DNA from: the human T2T-CHM13v2.0 reference genome, Homo sapiens
Assembly: GCF_009914755.1 (NCBI RefSeq)
Contig: NC_060930.1
Direction: 5' to 3' (one strand)
Length of the DNA: 64,000 nt
Of the stretch, positions 39,766 through 54,300 are shown piece by piece. Position numbers and translations under genes: made by a program. Numbering within the stretch: position 1 is the first letter of the stretch; each line of letters begins with the position of its first letter. The notes under the pieces are model-generated. The model saw only the letters and a list, made by a program, of their open reading frames with translations, was not told where the DNA came from and searched no databases.

Positions 39766-41914
39766 CCTGGTAGTCACAACTTATATTAAGATAGAAAGAA
39801 AATCCCATTATAGTTGATCAGTACTTTTCTTGAGGTTTCCTTTGAAGTAAATGGCTTTGTTGTACAAACTTACTTTTTGATTTATTTGCAAGGTACACTT
39901 TGTATGTGAAAGGCCATATAAAAGAAAAGAAACTCTCATAAAGATGAAACAATATTCTTGCTATAGGAATAAAATTTTGCTTGAATTATTTTTATATTAT
40001 TTTATAATTATATATAAAACAAATAAAATATAAATTAAATATTTTGTATTTGCTTGAATTATTATATTATTATAAGTAAATAAATATAGCAAATTATATT
40101 ATAGGGAATGAATAATATTGGAAACTGGCAAATTGTCCTGAGTTGTGATAAGTTAATAAGATGCATATTGGTGGTCATCTTAAGATCCTGCCTGCTGTTA
40201 GAATAAATGAGTTAGACATCCCGCAGGGACCTCCAGTACTTCTCCACCCTTTACCCTGGGAGGATCAGCTGAAGCGATGTACCAGGAGAAATACACACTA
40301 GATGTGTTCCGAAGTTCCCCCTGTACACTAACCACTTTACTATTTGGGGGTCATAGAGCTCTTTAAGCTAGGATAAATATGCCAGGTATAAATAAATATG
40401 ATTTAAGATATACATGACATTGATTCTCCTCCAAACTCATAAATTTTATAGTTTTTTTTCTCTCCATAAAGGAGAGGATAACCAGTTTCAGACATAGGTT
40501 TTAAGGAAGAAGTGAGGTTTTCTTTTCTAAAGGTCTTCAACACTATTGTGGTTATGATATAAATTTTAAACTGAAAATTGAAAGAATTCATAATCCATAA
40601 AACGCCCATGGCATTTCCGGGAACACTTTTAAATTGCTACAGTATGAGTTGAATAAGTATTTATGCATTTAACAAGGGACTATTCTCCCTTGTTAACTAG
40701 ACTGAGAAAAGGCAATAAAGTATTCAGCTGCCTAGTGAAGTCTTTCTGATAAAGAATTCAGCTATAATAGCTACTTGACCAACAAATGTCTTATTCAGGG
40801 ACAACTTTAGAAATTCTCAGCTCACAAATTATTGATAAAAATTTATCTACTAAAGAATTGGAAATGAATGAAAATGGAAATATCTCAAATTTGTCTAAAT
40901 AATCAAAGACCAGGGTTTCATTGTCTTTTTCAGTAGAGAAGCTTTTATTAACCAACTCCCTTTGTTCAGCATTTACTTTGCGTTCTCTCAAGTCACAAGA
41001 TTTCTCTTTTGGAAATTTTATCAGTTTAGACCAAAAGAGTCCGATAGTGCTGCTTGAAGATTTCATAACCATCTGAAAGAGCCCATGTAGCTTTGAAAGT
41101 CAGCTCTTAGAAGAGGGCTGGGCATTTTACTAAAGAGCTGTGAAGAAAGGCCCACAATACCTTCCAAAAACTTGCCTGATAAACTGTAGTAAATCAGGAC
41201 TCAATGCACAATTATGTTGATCTCAGGTGATACCAAGAGCACAAATACTGAAAATCACCAGATAGCCTCAAAATATTGCTTGGATAATTGGTTTTGAGTT
41301 TCTCTCTTTCCAAGACTTTTTTTAGAGCTGCTAAACATTCTAATAAAATAAAAGTAAAATAATAAAATAATCTAAGTGGTTAAGTTGAGCTTCTCTTCAT
41401 GTCTGAATTACTAAAAGGAAAAAGAGGACAACGTATGTGAAAAGGAGAATAAAGGAACTAGATAATCTGTATCTGAAATCAAGCTATGAATAATTTGAAA
41501 AATACGAAGGTAAAACTGAACATAGGACTGGGAATGATTTTTTTTCTTATACAAATCTTAATATTCAATGATGTAAAAACACTGTATCCTATAGCTCATT
41601 ATTTTAAAATTTAAAGCCTATGTTATGTTAATTGTTGCTAATTGAATGGAGGTCAACTTTTGATCTCACAATACTTTGCCAAAAAATAAATAAATAAATA
41701 TTTAGTTCCAGTATATTCAGAAAACCATTTTTTTCCAGCCTCACTACAACTCCAGTGGTTTTACATATTTTGGTAAATGTGAGTGAACACTTCCCTAATC
41801 GCTTTTACTCACAGTCATCCCTCTGTGCTTCTGAAGTCATCAGTTCTGAAGTTATCCTTTATTTGACACTTTGCACACATTGTTACTTTGTAATTTTTCT
41901 TATAAATTGTTTCT

Positions 41915-42198
41915 GTCAGGGCACAGTGGCTCACGCCTGTAATCCCAACACCTTGGGAGGCCAAGGCAGGCAGATCACTTGAGGTCAGGAGTTCAAGGCC
42001 ATCCTGGCCAACATGATGAAACTCTGTCTCTACTAAAAATACAAATATCAGCCAGGTATGGTGGCACATGCTTGTAATCCCAACAACCTGAGAGGCTGAG
42101 GCAAGAGAATCTCCGGAATTCGGGAGGTGGAGGTTGCAGTGAGCCTCTGAGTTCTCACCACTGCACTCCACCCTGGCCGACAGGGTGAGACCCCATCT

Positions 42199-42238
<40 letters not shown>
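41915..42238 (+). mobile_element. Diverged Alu (S/J type) with A39 tail
   Basis: Dimeric Alu; uninterrupted A run at 42200-42238. Confidence 0.93.
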
Positions 42239-42240
<2 letters not shown>

Positions 42241-42799
42241 ATAAACATTGTTTCATTTTCCTTGTATATATATCATGCCTTCCTAAATATCATTCAAGCT
42301 TTTCAAGATCAAAAGCAGAGTCTTGTTATATCCCAAGCACATAGACCTAAGTGTCCTCCAAAGGCTAGGGTTCCATATGTGTGGAACAGAGAAACTCAAG
42401 GTCATTTCTCAAGGGGATCCCACTTCAGAGCCCCTGAAACAACATTGGCCTACCAAGATGCTCTCAGGTGAGCCCAAGTAAGAGAGCACAGTAGACTCTG
42501 AATGTTGACCTTAAATTTCCTGTTTTGTTTTCCACTTCTAATGCATTACTTCTAATATCATTTCCCAGGCCACAGTACCTAGGAAAGTCCAATAAGAAAG
42601 TGGGCTCAGACGTCCCTGCATCATCTTCTTGGCCACTTCCCACATGCTCTGGTGTCTGGTGGTGCATGGATTAGACAGGTATTTTATGCTTTTCTTTTCT
42701 TCTCTCACCCCATTATCAATTTTCATATTAACAAGGTCATCATGTGCTTCTCACTAAAGGAAGAGTTCAGGAATGGAACTGGAAATGCGCAAGTGAATT

Positions 42800-43720
42800 C
42801 ATTTCTTCAGTTTTCAATGAATTGTGGAGTCCTCCTACGTATTAGTTAGAGTTCCAGGCATTAGGATTGCAATAAGGAACATAGTAAACAAGGTTCCTGC
42901 TCCCATGAATCTTCCATTCTAGCAGGGAGTGGCTGACATGGCAGAAAACAAAAAATAAGCGAGCACAAAAAATGAACAAGAGATAGTGCTTAATAACCAT
43001 ATATGTTCCAAATAAAATAAAACAGAATGATGTAGTAAAAATGAGTGTTGGTGTGTGTGCTAATTTAGGCAAAGAGGCCTGGTAAGAACTTGCTGAGAAA
43101 TAAACATTTAGATGGACGTCAGACTGATGTGAAGGAGCCAGCCCCAGGGGTTCATGGAGCAGAGAATACGCTGCTGAAGAAAGGGAAAGTGTCTGACTGA
43201 GCTTTGGATGTAAAGAACAGAGAGAATGCCCATGTAGCTGTAACATGCTGAGTAATGGGTAGAGTGTACGGGATGAAGCCAAAGAAGACAAGCCAGGGGA
43301 TGCAGGGTGCAGGGCCTCATTCCCTCAGAAATAACTTGGGATTTTATCCTAACTATGGTAGAAATCCAGTGGAGGGTACAGAACAGATGTGACATACATA
43401 GATTTAACTTTTTTAAAACTTTTTTAAAGATCACTCTGGCTGCTATGTGGAAATGATCTGGGTTGAGACAGGGACCAGTGTGGACACTGGGATATGCCAT
43501 CCCAACAGTCAACCTGGCTTGAACTAAAGTGAACATCGAGATAAAGAAGAGTTGGTGATTTCAGAATACGTTTTGCCGGTGATGCTGGAGAATGGAAGAC
43601 AGAGTAAATGGCAAAAGAATCAAGGATAGCTTTTGAGGTTTGCACTGAGAAACTGATATTGAAATGGGAAAGAAACAGACTTGGGAGAGGTAGAGGTAGA
43701 AAGCTGTGTGGCTGTGCCAA
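42800..43720 (-). mobile_element. L2 (L2a-like) long fragment
   Basis: acaaggttcctgctcccatgaatcttccattctag...ttttaaagatcactctggctgctatgtgga...gaatcaaggatagc. Confidence 0.75.
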
Positions 43721-44658
43721 GTTTCAGGTGATTGTTACACTTCTGAGCAAAAATTTCAAGTCCAGAGAGTCAGTTCAGAGACTGATAAAATGATTTCAAT
43801 GATCAGCATTTTCATCTTTGGGACAATAGTCATGGAGGGGGCAGAAATAAACTATATTCCCTTCCTTGAGGAGCCAACAGAACGTTGGCGAGACAGATAT
43901 GACCATAGCTAAATGTTATAGTTAATATTTTCTGGCAATTGCTCTAACAGGTCCCAAGGAAAGCACTTTGGGAACATTAAAAGGAAGTTACTTACTTGAT
44001 TCATGTTGCCTTTAACATCCCACTGCTAAGTTGTTCTGCTCTGCTCATCCTTAAAACATCTCTACCTTCAACTTTGGTTCTTTCGGGCCAGAGTCTGTAA
44101 CTCTTCCAGGCTCATCATTTTGAAAAGGCCACTAGAAGAAATTGAAATTATTTTTCCATGACTAATTCTTCAAGATCATCAACATTTAATGGAGTCAAAA
44201 CTGTCTGTGGCAGGGTTGTTGGATCGGGCTTCTTCCATGGACCTCCAGATTTTACGTTTTAGAGGCTTTCAAATACTTTTGTAGGTCAAATACTAAAGCA
44301 CAGCCTTAAATAAATTGTAGCAGCTTTTAACACAACCTTAATACTATTCTGTTTAAAGTGTTAAGTGTCTAGGACCATATAATCTTTGGTGCTTAAATTC
44401 TTAAAGCACCCTACAGCTCCTGATGTAACATTTTTGTACATAATTTCTTTATTCAATGAATGCTTTACAAGTATTCAAAAAAGTGAGAGGTGGTGAAACA
44501 AATTACAAAAAATAAAGTTTATCTTAATGCAAAACAATTTTTAACTCCTCATGCTTTTTTAACATAAGGTTTAAGTGTGCCTTAATATATGTAATGATAA
44601 CCATTACAGACTCTGAAGTCAAGAGTCTAGAAACTCACTGGTAAAAATTTTCATCATG

Positions 44659-44972
<314 letters not shown>

Positions 44973-47044
44973 TCATGAGTGGGCAGGCTTTAGAAAGAGT
45001 TGCAACAGGATACTGAGCAAATACACACACATACACAAACACACCCATGCAATGTAAACACATGCCAAACTGTGGATGGTACTTACTTATAAATAATAAG
45101 TTTAAAAGAACATGTCTGATTGATAGATAAATAACTATAGATTCCAATCAAAAATAATTTTTCAAGGAGCTATGTTGTTTTGTTTTGTTTTTTTTTTTTC
45201 AGTAGAAAACTGAGTTTTGCTAAGGCTCAGTGCCATTTCCAAACCCCCTGCCAGCCCAGGGTCTTGTGTTCTGCCTCATCTCAGGGGTCGTCCTTTATTA
45301 GAGCATCCTAGGATGTCAGGCCTAGAAAGAACCTCAGAGATTATCCAAGTTGGCCACCACGTCCACCCATACGCATGTACTTACTCCATTCACACTCTTC
45401 ATTCTCCTAGGAGCTGTTGCTGTGGTTCATTGGGTGAGTTTGGCTCCAGGATGTGCTTCCTCGGGGGATTGCCCTCAGGGAAGCCAAGGGAAATCCAATC
45501 CAGAGGAAGCCATAATCTGCCCCAACTCCGTCCTGTGAAAGAATGTGGCCCTGCCGTTGGGGAGCTGGGGGATGACACGAAGTTCTGAAGGGCAAATATG
45601 GCCAACTCCTTTTCTCAGCCTCTACCAAAACAAGCCTCCACTCTTCATTTATTTCTCAGAATCTGGAAGTCAGCTCAAGAAACAGAGGCATCTGCTCCCA
45701 TTTAAAAACAAGTTAGAGTATTAGATTCAGCTTTTTTTTTTTAAGAGCTTTAAATTTGGAGAAAAGCCTTTGTTTAATCACATCAAGTCTGTGTCACAGG
45801 CTGAAAAATGCCAGGAAATTCCAAGCTAAAGGCAGATACTTCATCTATAACTCATGCCACAGGGCTTTTTTTTTTTTTTTTTTTTAATTCTTTCCTATGC
45901 TTGCAAAGGCTGAAGCATCAGAAAAACTGATTTTTTTTTTGGTCTTGTCAGTTCATGTCATAACCTTGGCATTACTCTCTGTCTTTTTTTAATTTAATAA
46001 GAATATGAGATTATACTGATCCTATTCTCCTATTTCTTGTTAGTGCTGAACAAGCACTTCTGGCGCTCACAACTCAAATTCCTGCCATGTTGCTCTGTGC
46101 CTTAGTATGTTTGGCTATGAAGTAAAGCATCTTGACCTATCATTTATCTTTAAGGCCTGAGAAAGAAATTATTTTAGCATTCCTGCTCTTAGCTCATATA
46201 TATAAATCTGTGATCAATGACACATTTGCAGCTCTGAAGTTAGCACAAAACTATGAAGAACAAAAAGAGCAGAGGGGATGGAGTGGGATAAGGTAGGGGT
46301 GGGTGGAGGGGGCAGTAAAAATCAACAAAACCCACCAGCAGAAGAGTATTAAATCTCCTGCTTTATGCCCAACCGTGGGTTTTGGATTTCATAAATGGGA
46401 TGAAGAATGTATGTAACTCCAAAAATATGTAAGTCTTTCTCCTTTAAATGTGGAAAGTGTTCATTTTTCAATCTAAGTGCCCTGAATTTCTGTATTGCTT
46501 TTAGAGTTGTGTGGTACATAATAAAAATATGGAGCCTGCCCCAGACATAGCACAGCTCACGTTTTCAGGGATTTGAAAGCTTGATCACTCCAACTGCCTG
46601 TGAATAAAAGGGAAAAAATGAAGCATTAACACCAGGCATACCCTTTCCTGATTATGATCGTCAGTCATTATAACAGAAGAACAAAGCATGCTAGAGAACA
46701 GCGTCAGGAAGATGGCTTTAGTGAAATAAAGTATGCTCTGTAACAAATTAAATGTTAAGATCAGTTTCCAATCAATTAGTAAGTACTTATGAAGGGTTAA
46801 CCAACTAACTACATGTTTCATTTAGTCTAAATAGAAACCGTAAGATCTGCTTTCAATGAGCTTTCAACCTAGTTTCAGTATGACAGTATAGAATATAGAA
46901 TATAGGGTACAGGATAGTGCATATGTAGCCACCAGGACTTGGAATCCATGTATAGGAACCGTTCACGAAAACACCACAACCACTCCTGCAGTAGTACATC
47001 TGTGACTTCCATGGTACAGGCTTGGTTTTAAATCTCACTTTAAC

Positions 47045-47430
47045 ACACTCTTTCAATGATATTTACTGTGTGCCCTGCTGTATGTTAGTTTCTGTGGTGC
47101 ACACAAGTGATGCAGCAGTGGAAGTGAAATAGATACAATCCGTCCCCTCACTGAGCTTTACAGGATAGCACATGACACATATATGATCAATCACACAAGT
47201 TTACAATCCCAAATTGTTATACAAATATGAGGTAATGAAGACAGTACTGTCTAATGAGGACCCAATTTAGACTGGAGGCTCAGGGAAGGGATCTGTAAGA
47301 CGGAAGCCAGGGAAAATATCATCAGGTCTGCTGGATAGTCACAGGGCACAGGAGTGATCAGAGGCAAAGAACATGACTTACAGGCCAAAGAAAAAAAAAG
47401 AAAGGTGCAACACTTTGGATTGAAATGATC
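47045..47430 (-). mobile_element. L2 fragment
   Basis: atatttactgtgtgccctgctgtatg...atacaatccgtcccctcactgagctttaca...ggaggctcagggaagg. Confidence 0.6.
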
Positions 47431-49157
47431 TTGACCATGTATCAACCTGCCTGAGGCCCAATCTTCTCATTAGTGGAGATGAATATATCAATACTTCCCA
47501 TAGATTTATGTTAGAAAATAAATAACTGATATCTTTACGGGTACAGCAGAATATCCTGGGAAAAATTACTGAAATTATACCAAAGCCATCCAATGCCTAC
47601 TGAGGAGCACCACAGACATAATAGGGGAAAATATATAAAATGTTTAATAAAGAAGAAACAATCCTGAAGAGTAAAGAAAAGATGTGATGTCTGCAGTGGG
47701 AGATAATTAATGGTGGGGCCAATAGGGGTCAGCACTTTTTTTTTTTTTTTTTTTAGGTTCAATAAAGTACTGGATTTATGAGGCAGTGGATTCAAAAGTT
47801 CACATAACTAAATACACAAACTGGCTTGTTTGTTTGGGATCGTTCAGTGTCTGAGAGTGAATTATTCATGCAAGCATTAATAAATTAAAATTTTTCAGTT
47901 TGGCAGTTGAGAAAATTTACTTAAGGAAATAAAAGGGATATCTACCAAGTTTGGACTGGCTTGTGCATTTTTTAAAGCTGGCTCAAATCTTGAAGAGTAA
48001 AAGAAAGTTCAAGTTATTTATTAATGTTAGTTTTTTACTCTACTGATTTAGTGTACATGTAAAAAAAAAATCCTGAGATTGGTTGGAACTGAAGTATGAA
48101 GACAGCAAGAATTTACCTGCATTTTATCTAACCCAGTTATAACACTGACTATGATAGGCGAGAGAATCTGCTATAAGAAGAAAACCGATGCAATTTTCCT
48201 TTATCATGGAATAACTCTTAATGACACCCCCATCCCTTTGAAAATGTCACTTCCGTATCTTTTTTCCCTGGCTTAAATATACTTTTAAAAAATTCACTAC
48301 TGAAATACATTTTTATGACTTCAAACTTCTGAAAACAATTATAGTTTTGGCATATTTTATCTACAGACAATAGAAAAATGTCATTCTATCAATCACTTCA
48401 CACACATACAAAAAATCCCCCTGATAAATGATATGTAGTTTCAAAAAAATCCCGATAGGTGATTTGTAGTCAAAAGTCCATTAGAGTTCAAATTTTTCTT
48501 AGGGAAAAAAAAACTATTAATTTGACTTCCCCACCAAAAAAATATAATGGCTCTTAACTACACATTCATTTTGTTTCCTCTCTGTGTTAATCACTGCTAA
48601 AAAAAGTCTTCTAAATTTATTTTTTTCTACTTTCTTTTATGACCTTAATAGAAAGTAAAAGAACCCAGCATGATTTCTCTGTTTGCTTATAAATTGTAGT
48701 TTGTACAGATGCCCTGCAATTTTTACAACTGTATCACAGATAATATTTCCTGGAATCAGTCACTACCTGTTCTTTTCAGCACTGTCAGGCTTTCTTTTAA
48801 TGAACATGAACAAATATGTTTGTCTTCTATTGTATCTTCTAAGATTGAGGGAGAAAAAAGCCCCATAAAACTGAAATTCCAGAACTGCCGCATCTTTTTA
48901 AATCTGAGTATCATCATTAGAGCTGTATTCACCCTTGCACTATCTATAGCTTAACAGAAAACCACATTTTTTCTCTTTAATTGGGGAGTTTATATAAAAT
49001 ATGTTCCAGACCCTGGCACGTAATGTTCACATAAAACAATAGTTCCCTTCACTTCATCCATTTCAAATATCTTGCTGCATCTCTGATCCATTATTGCTAG
49101 ACAACTGATTTAAACTGCAGTTTAATAAAATTACACATGATTTCCTGGTTAACAATC

Positions 49158-50372
49158 TATTATATATAATATTTATATACATAATATATATTATAATATA
49201 ATATTTATATATTATATATTTATATATTATATATAATATAATATATATATTTATATGTATATTTATATAATATATATATTTATATATATTTAATATATAT
49301 ATTTATTTAATATAATATATATATTAAATATATATATATTTTATAAATATATATATATTTTATAAATATATATTATAATATATATTATGTATATAAATAT
49401 TATATATAATAGATTATTATATATTATATATAAATATATAATATATAATATATAAATATATATTATAAGATATATTATGTATAAAATATATAAATATATA
49501 ATATATAAATATATAATATATAAATATATACTATACATATATATTATGTATATAATATACAAATATATAATATATAAATATATACTATACATATATATTA
49601 TGTATATAATATATAAATATATAATATATAAATATATATTATACATATATATTATGCATATAATATAAAAATATATATTATACATATATATTATGTATAT
49701 AATATATAAATATATAATATAAAAATATATATTATACACATATATTATGTATATAATATATAAATATATATTATACACATATATTATGTATATAATATAT
49801 AAATATATATTATACAAATATATATTATAAATGTATATTATGTATATAATATATAAATATATATTATACAAATATATATTATAAATGTATATTATGTATA
49901 TAATATATAAATATAATATATAATATATATAATATATATTATATAATATATAATATATTATACATTATATTATATATTATATTTTATATATATAATATAT
50001 ATATATTATATATATATTATATATTATATATATAAAATATAATATATAATATAATGTATAATATGTTATATATTATATAATATATATTATATATATTATA
50101 TATTATATTATATATTATATATTATATATATATAATATTATATATATATTATATTATATATATAATATATTATATAATATATAATATATATTAGATATAA
50201 AATATATTATATATTATATTATATACAGTATATATTATATATGTAATATAAAATATATTATATATACTATATTATATATAGTATATATTATATATGTAAT
50301 ATATAATATATCTTACATATATAATATATAATATTATATATATTATATATATAATTTGTATATATATATATA
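49158..50372. repeat. ~1.2 kb AT-only low-complexity / minisatellite array
   Basis: Almost exclusively A/T; 39-bp and 54-bp units (39 plus a 15-bp module) at about 49470-49900. Confidence 0.97.
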
Positions 50373-51189
50373 TTTCCTTGAGTTTAACCTGTGGATTTGA
50401 ACCAGTCCTTTATTTTGGTTCTCACTGACTCAAAACGTGAAAGTCTTGTTTTCTCAATTTGCCTTTTACCCTCCTCCTGTCATCCTAAGTTCCCTTCCAA
50501 CATTCCCTTGTTTCGGTAGCTGCTATCAAAACGTGTATGCTGGATAAGATTTCAAATCCTGTCACATATTCTCATCAGTCAATAAAGGCCTGCTCTCCAG
50601 TATAAACTGCCTACTCTGTGCCAAGCACTCTCTTAGATTCTGGTGGGTATAAAGATATGTATCACATATGGACTTTATACTCAGAACCTAAAGTCTGCTT
50701 GGACACAAAGCAATTGACAAAGAAGTTAGTCCTAAAGTTGCACTAACTGATGTGAAGAGAACTGAGGGAAAAATGGGATAATTAAGTGCAAAGTAGACAG
50801 GAACCATATAGTTCATTTAGAAATAAGAAAATTGAGGAGGTGCAAAAGTAAGACAGTTTTTCCTTTCAAAGGAGTTCATGATATTGAGGGAGAGACAGAT
50901 ATTAACAAATGTACACATACACACAAAGAGGTAAATAAAGGAGGGAGGGAAGAATGATGTTGGGTGCCGACAGAAAATGGAAGTGGCCTACCTCAAGGAT
51001 CCAAATGGAAACTCTGGTGTTATACTTGAAGTCACTGCTTTTCAATCCCGTTTCTTAGGGTGTGGGCGTTGAAAAATCTTAACATTCTTATTTTCTTGCA
51101 TTTCCATCATTTTACTGGTCAATCATCTCCCTTCTAACCTTTGCAACATTCAATACTGTCTTCTATTCAGGGTAGTAACATTGGGTCCT

Positions 51190-51335
51190 GCAGGGTTTCT
51201 GAAAGTGAGATTCATGGACCATATGCCTGTAAATAACCTTAGTCATCTGTTGAAAATATGGCTTTCTGCTACCATATTTTAAACACATGAATCATCCATT
51301 AGATGTTTCTGATGAACATCAAGGTTTACTAACAG
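51190..51335. mobile_element. MER5-like hAT MITE, degraded
   Basis: gggtttctgaaagtg...ggacc...tgttgaaaatatg...tctgatgaacatcaaggttt. Confidence 0.4.
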
Positions 51336-52441
51336 GAATATGGGACTGGAAATCACAAAGCCCTCATTTGCCTCACATCTAAAATTAATAGTTGGATTAA
51401 ATAATCATACATAGTTCATGATTTTAAGTTCAACATTTCTATTATTCTGTGTATTTCTTTGGGATACTTAGTACTATTTCTCTTGATTTTTTTTCTACAG
51501 TGCCTAGTTCTATAAAGCTTTTATCCCCCTTAATTTAAGATTTATCTTAACTTAGGAATATTTAAAAAGCAGAATGTTTTACTTTGCCAACATGGGCAAC
51601 CATACATGAAACTGATTTAAGGAATAATAAGAGTACTGGACTCTGAAGGAAACATTACTCTTAAGAAATTAATTTGGTTTGAACCCAGAATCATGAATTT
51701 TTAAATGTGGAACAGTTTATTCTTATGCTTTATTTATTACTAACTCAGCCCTCTAGGACTTGTACTTTGTTTGCCCTTTATCTAAAATATGGATGCTAAG
51801 CACGTAATTAATAAATAAGAGATGTCCTTAAAACAAGTATTTTTAAATGCCTAATGAGAATTAGCACTAATCTTGTTCGGCTACAAGCCTGAACATTCTA
51901 CCAGACAGGAAACCCAATTTAAACAATTAATGGTTTCCAGAATGAGTGTTTATTAATTGAGCCATAGCATTACAGTGGAGTCTCTTTTCACTTCCTCTTG
52001 TCAAACCTATTGAGGATGCAATGCAGAGCTATTTGGCAGGTGGCCACACTGAAAAGCAGCAGGATGTATTTGGCAGATCTGTATTACATGTTGCCAGACT
52101 TTTGCCATTTGGCTTGCTAGAATGTTTCTTTCGTCTTCCTTTCCCTTTCTTGTCCCTTACATAAAAATGTTTTTTTCTCAGCAGAATTATAATTCATAAC
52201 TATAATGAGCATCAAGTTAACTATCAATAATTAAATGGAAACATGACTTCACAAAATATTTTGCAAAACCTATGGAATTCTCTCAGAAGAATTTTCTCAA
52301 GATTACATAGTGTCATTTCTAATGGGAAGGTAACTGATTGGTATCAATCAGCAAATATTAATTGTCAATGTCTACATTCTCTGCACAAACCCCATCTACC
52401 TCCAAAGCGTGTAAATTATACCTAAAAATGCAAATTATATA

Positions 52442-52757
52442 CAGTCAGCCTTCCATATCCATGGGTTCCACATTTGAAGATTATTCAACCAACCATGGAT
52501 CAAATATATTTTTAGAAAATAAAATAAGAATAATGCAATAAAGAATGCAAACTTTAAAACACACTGTAAATACTTACATAGCACTTAGATGTATTAAGAA
52601 TGATAAGTAATCTAGATATGATTTAAAATATATAGGAGGATGTGTGCAAGTTACATGCAAATGTTATACATTTTATTTAAGGGACTTGAGCTTTTGCAAC
52701 TTTTGTTATCCACAGGAGTGCTGGAACCAATGCCTTGCAGATATCAAGCGATAATTA
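52442..52757 (-). mobile_element. MER2 (TcMar-Tigger MITE)
   Basis: cagtcagccttccatatccatgggttccaca...ttcaaccaaccatggatc...gtaatctaga...aagggacttgagc...ctggaaccaat. Confidence 0.82.
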
Positions 52758-53217
52758 ATATATAACTACAAAGCAACTGGAAACTTTCTTTCCTCCTTTA
52801 CAGAAATTTAAGTTTAAGTGGTTTTGACTTATCCATCATTAAAATATGTCTTGACTAAATGTGGTTGTATCTTGAATTCCCAAACTGATTTCTTAAGCCC
52901 TCTGCATCATATGTAAAAACAAACAAACAACAAACAAAAAACATGTCCTGAAACTTGGACAAGGCCTCTTGCTTTGGGTCCTGTATTTTAAAGAACTCTG
53001 CATATAATAAACAACAGAAGTAATTCATGTTAGAAAACATGACCGCCTATGTTACTCAGTGTGCAGAGCTCAGTTCTAGAACCTGCACCCTAAACTTGTG
53101 CTTTCTTTACTAATACCATCCAGGCCCCAGGGAAACACTTCACCACCTCTCTTGCCCTGTGTTCTCAAAACAGAAGGCAGCAGTGCTCAAATGTGTATGG
53201 GTTGTGCCACTGCCTTC

Positions 53218-53541
53218 TACTTTAGTCTATTTGTGCTTCTATAACAAAATACCACAAACTGGGATACTTACAAGGAACAGAAATTTATTTTCTTACAGTT
53301 CTGGAGGCCAAAAGTCCAAGATCAAGGCACCAGCATTTGGTGTCTTGCTGCATCTTCCAGAAGGGAGGAAGGCTGTGTCTTCACCTGGTGGAAGGCAGCA
53401 CAGGAAGCCTCCCTTTCCATTCAGGATGCAGGAGCCCTCAAGGCCTAATCACCTCTTAAAGGCCCCACCTGTTAACATCATCGTGTTGGCCATTAAGTTT
53501 AAACACATGAATTTTGGAGAAAACACATCCAAACTGTAGCA
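53218..53541 (-). mobile_element. MST-type (MSTC/D) MaLR LTR
   Basis: ctataacaaaataccacaaactggg...cagttctggaggc...aagtccaagatcaaggcaccagca...cctaatcacctcttaaaggcccc...aaactgtagca. Confidence 0.8.
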
Positions 53542-53894
53542 ACAACATTGAAGATATAAACACACTGCTTCAAAATGCAGAGAATATTTGGGAGGCAAAC
53601 ACATTAAGAGATAAGAAAAATGAATTAACTTGCCAAAGAGGATAGCATGAATTCAACAGATTTTTGCATAATGAAGTATGGTTTCCCAATAGCGTTGAAG
53701 GCATCATTTTTATTCTTTTCTTCTTTTTATTTCCCAGTTCGTACTTCTAAAGATACTTTTACTCTTACATTTGTATATATGGTGGTTAAATAACATGCCT
53801 AAGGTATGATAGCAATTCTTTATAGTGGCAACTAAATGAGTACAGAATGCTAGAATTTTTTTTTTTAACAAAATGTTTGTTTGAATTGATTTTT

Positions 53895-54300
53895 TAAACA
53901 AATAAAAAGAATCTCCAGGCTGGAGTGCAGTAGCATGATCATAACTCACTCCAGCCTCAAACTCCTGGGCTCTAGTGATCCTCTCACTTCAGCCTCCTGA
54001 GTAGCTAGGACTTCAGTTGCACACAACCATGCCTGGATAATTTATTTTTATTTTTATTTTTATTTTATTTTTTATTATTATTATACTTTAAGTTTTAGGG
54101 TACATGTGCACAATGTGCAGGTTTGTTACATATGTATACATGTGCCATGTTGGTGTGCTGCACCCATTAACTCGTCATTTAGCATTAGGTTTATTTTTAT
54201 TTTTGTAGAGGGTCTCACTACATTGCAGACTGGTATAGAACTCCTGGCTCCAAGCGATCCTCCTGCCTCAGCCTTCCCAAGGGTTGGGATTACAGACATG
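53895..54300 (-). mobile_element. AluJ-type interrupted in its linker by a short L1
   Basis: Right arm 53915-54040, left arm 54205-54300; J-type ctcctgggctc. Confidence 0.85.
54056..54190 (-). mobile_element. Very short L1PA3/4-like 3' end insertion
   Basis: tatactttaagttttagggtacatgtgcacaatgtgcagg...actcgtcatttagcattaggt; TSD tttatttttattttt (54041-54055, 54190-54204). Confidence 0.9.

Noticed and set aside
42842-43720. Overlapping 98-149 aa ORFs
   Set aside because: They lie in a decayed L2, with no recognisable domain or splice structure.
49341-49871. Longest ORF (176 aa, Y/I-rich)
   Set aside because: Artefact of the AT-only repeat whose units are multiples of 3.
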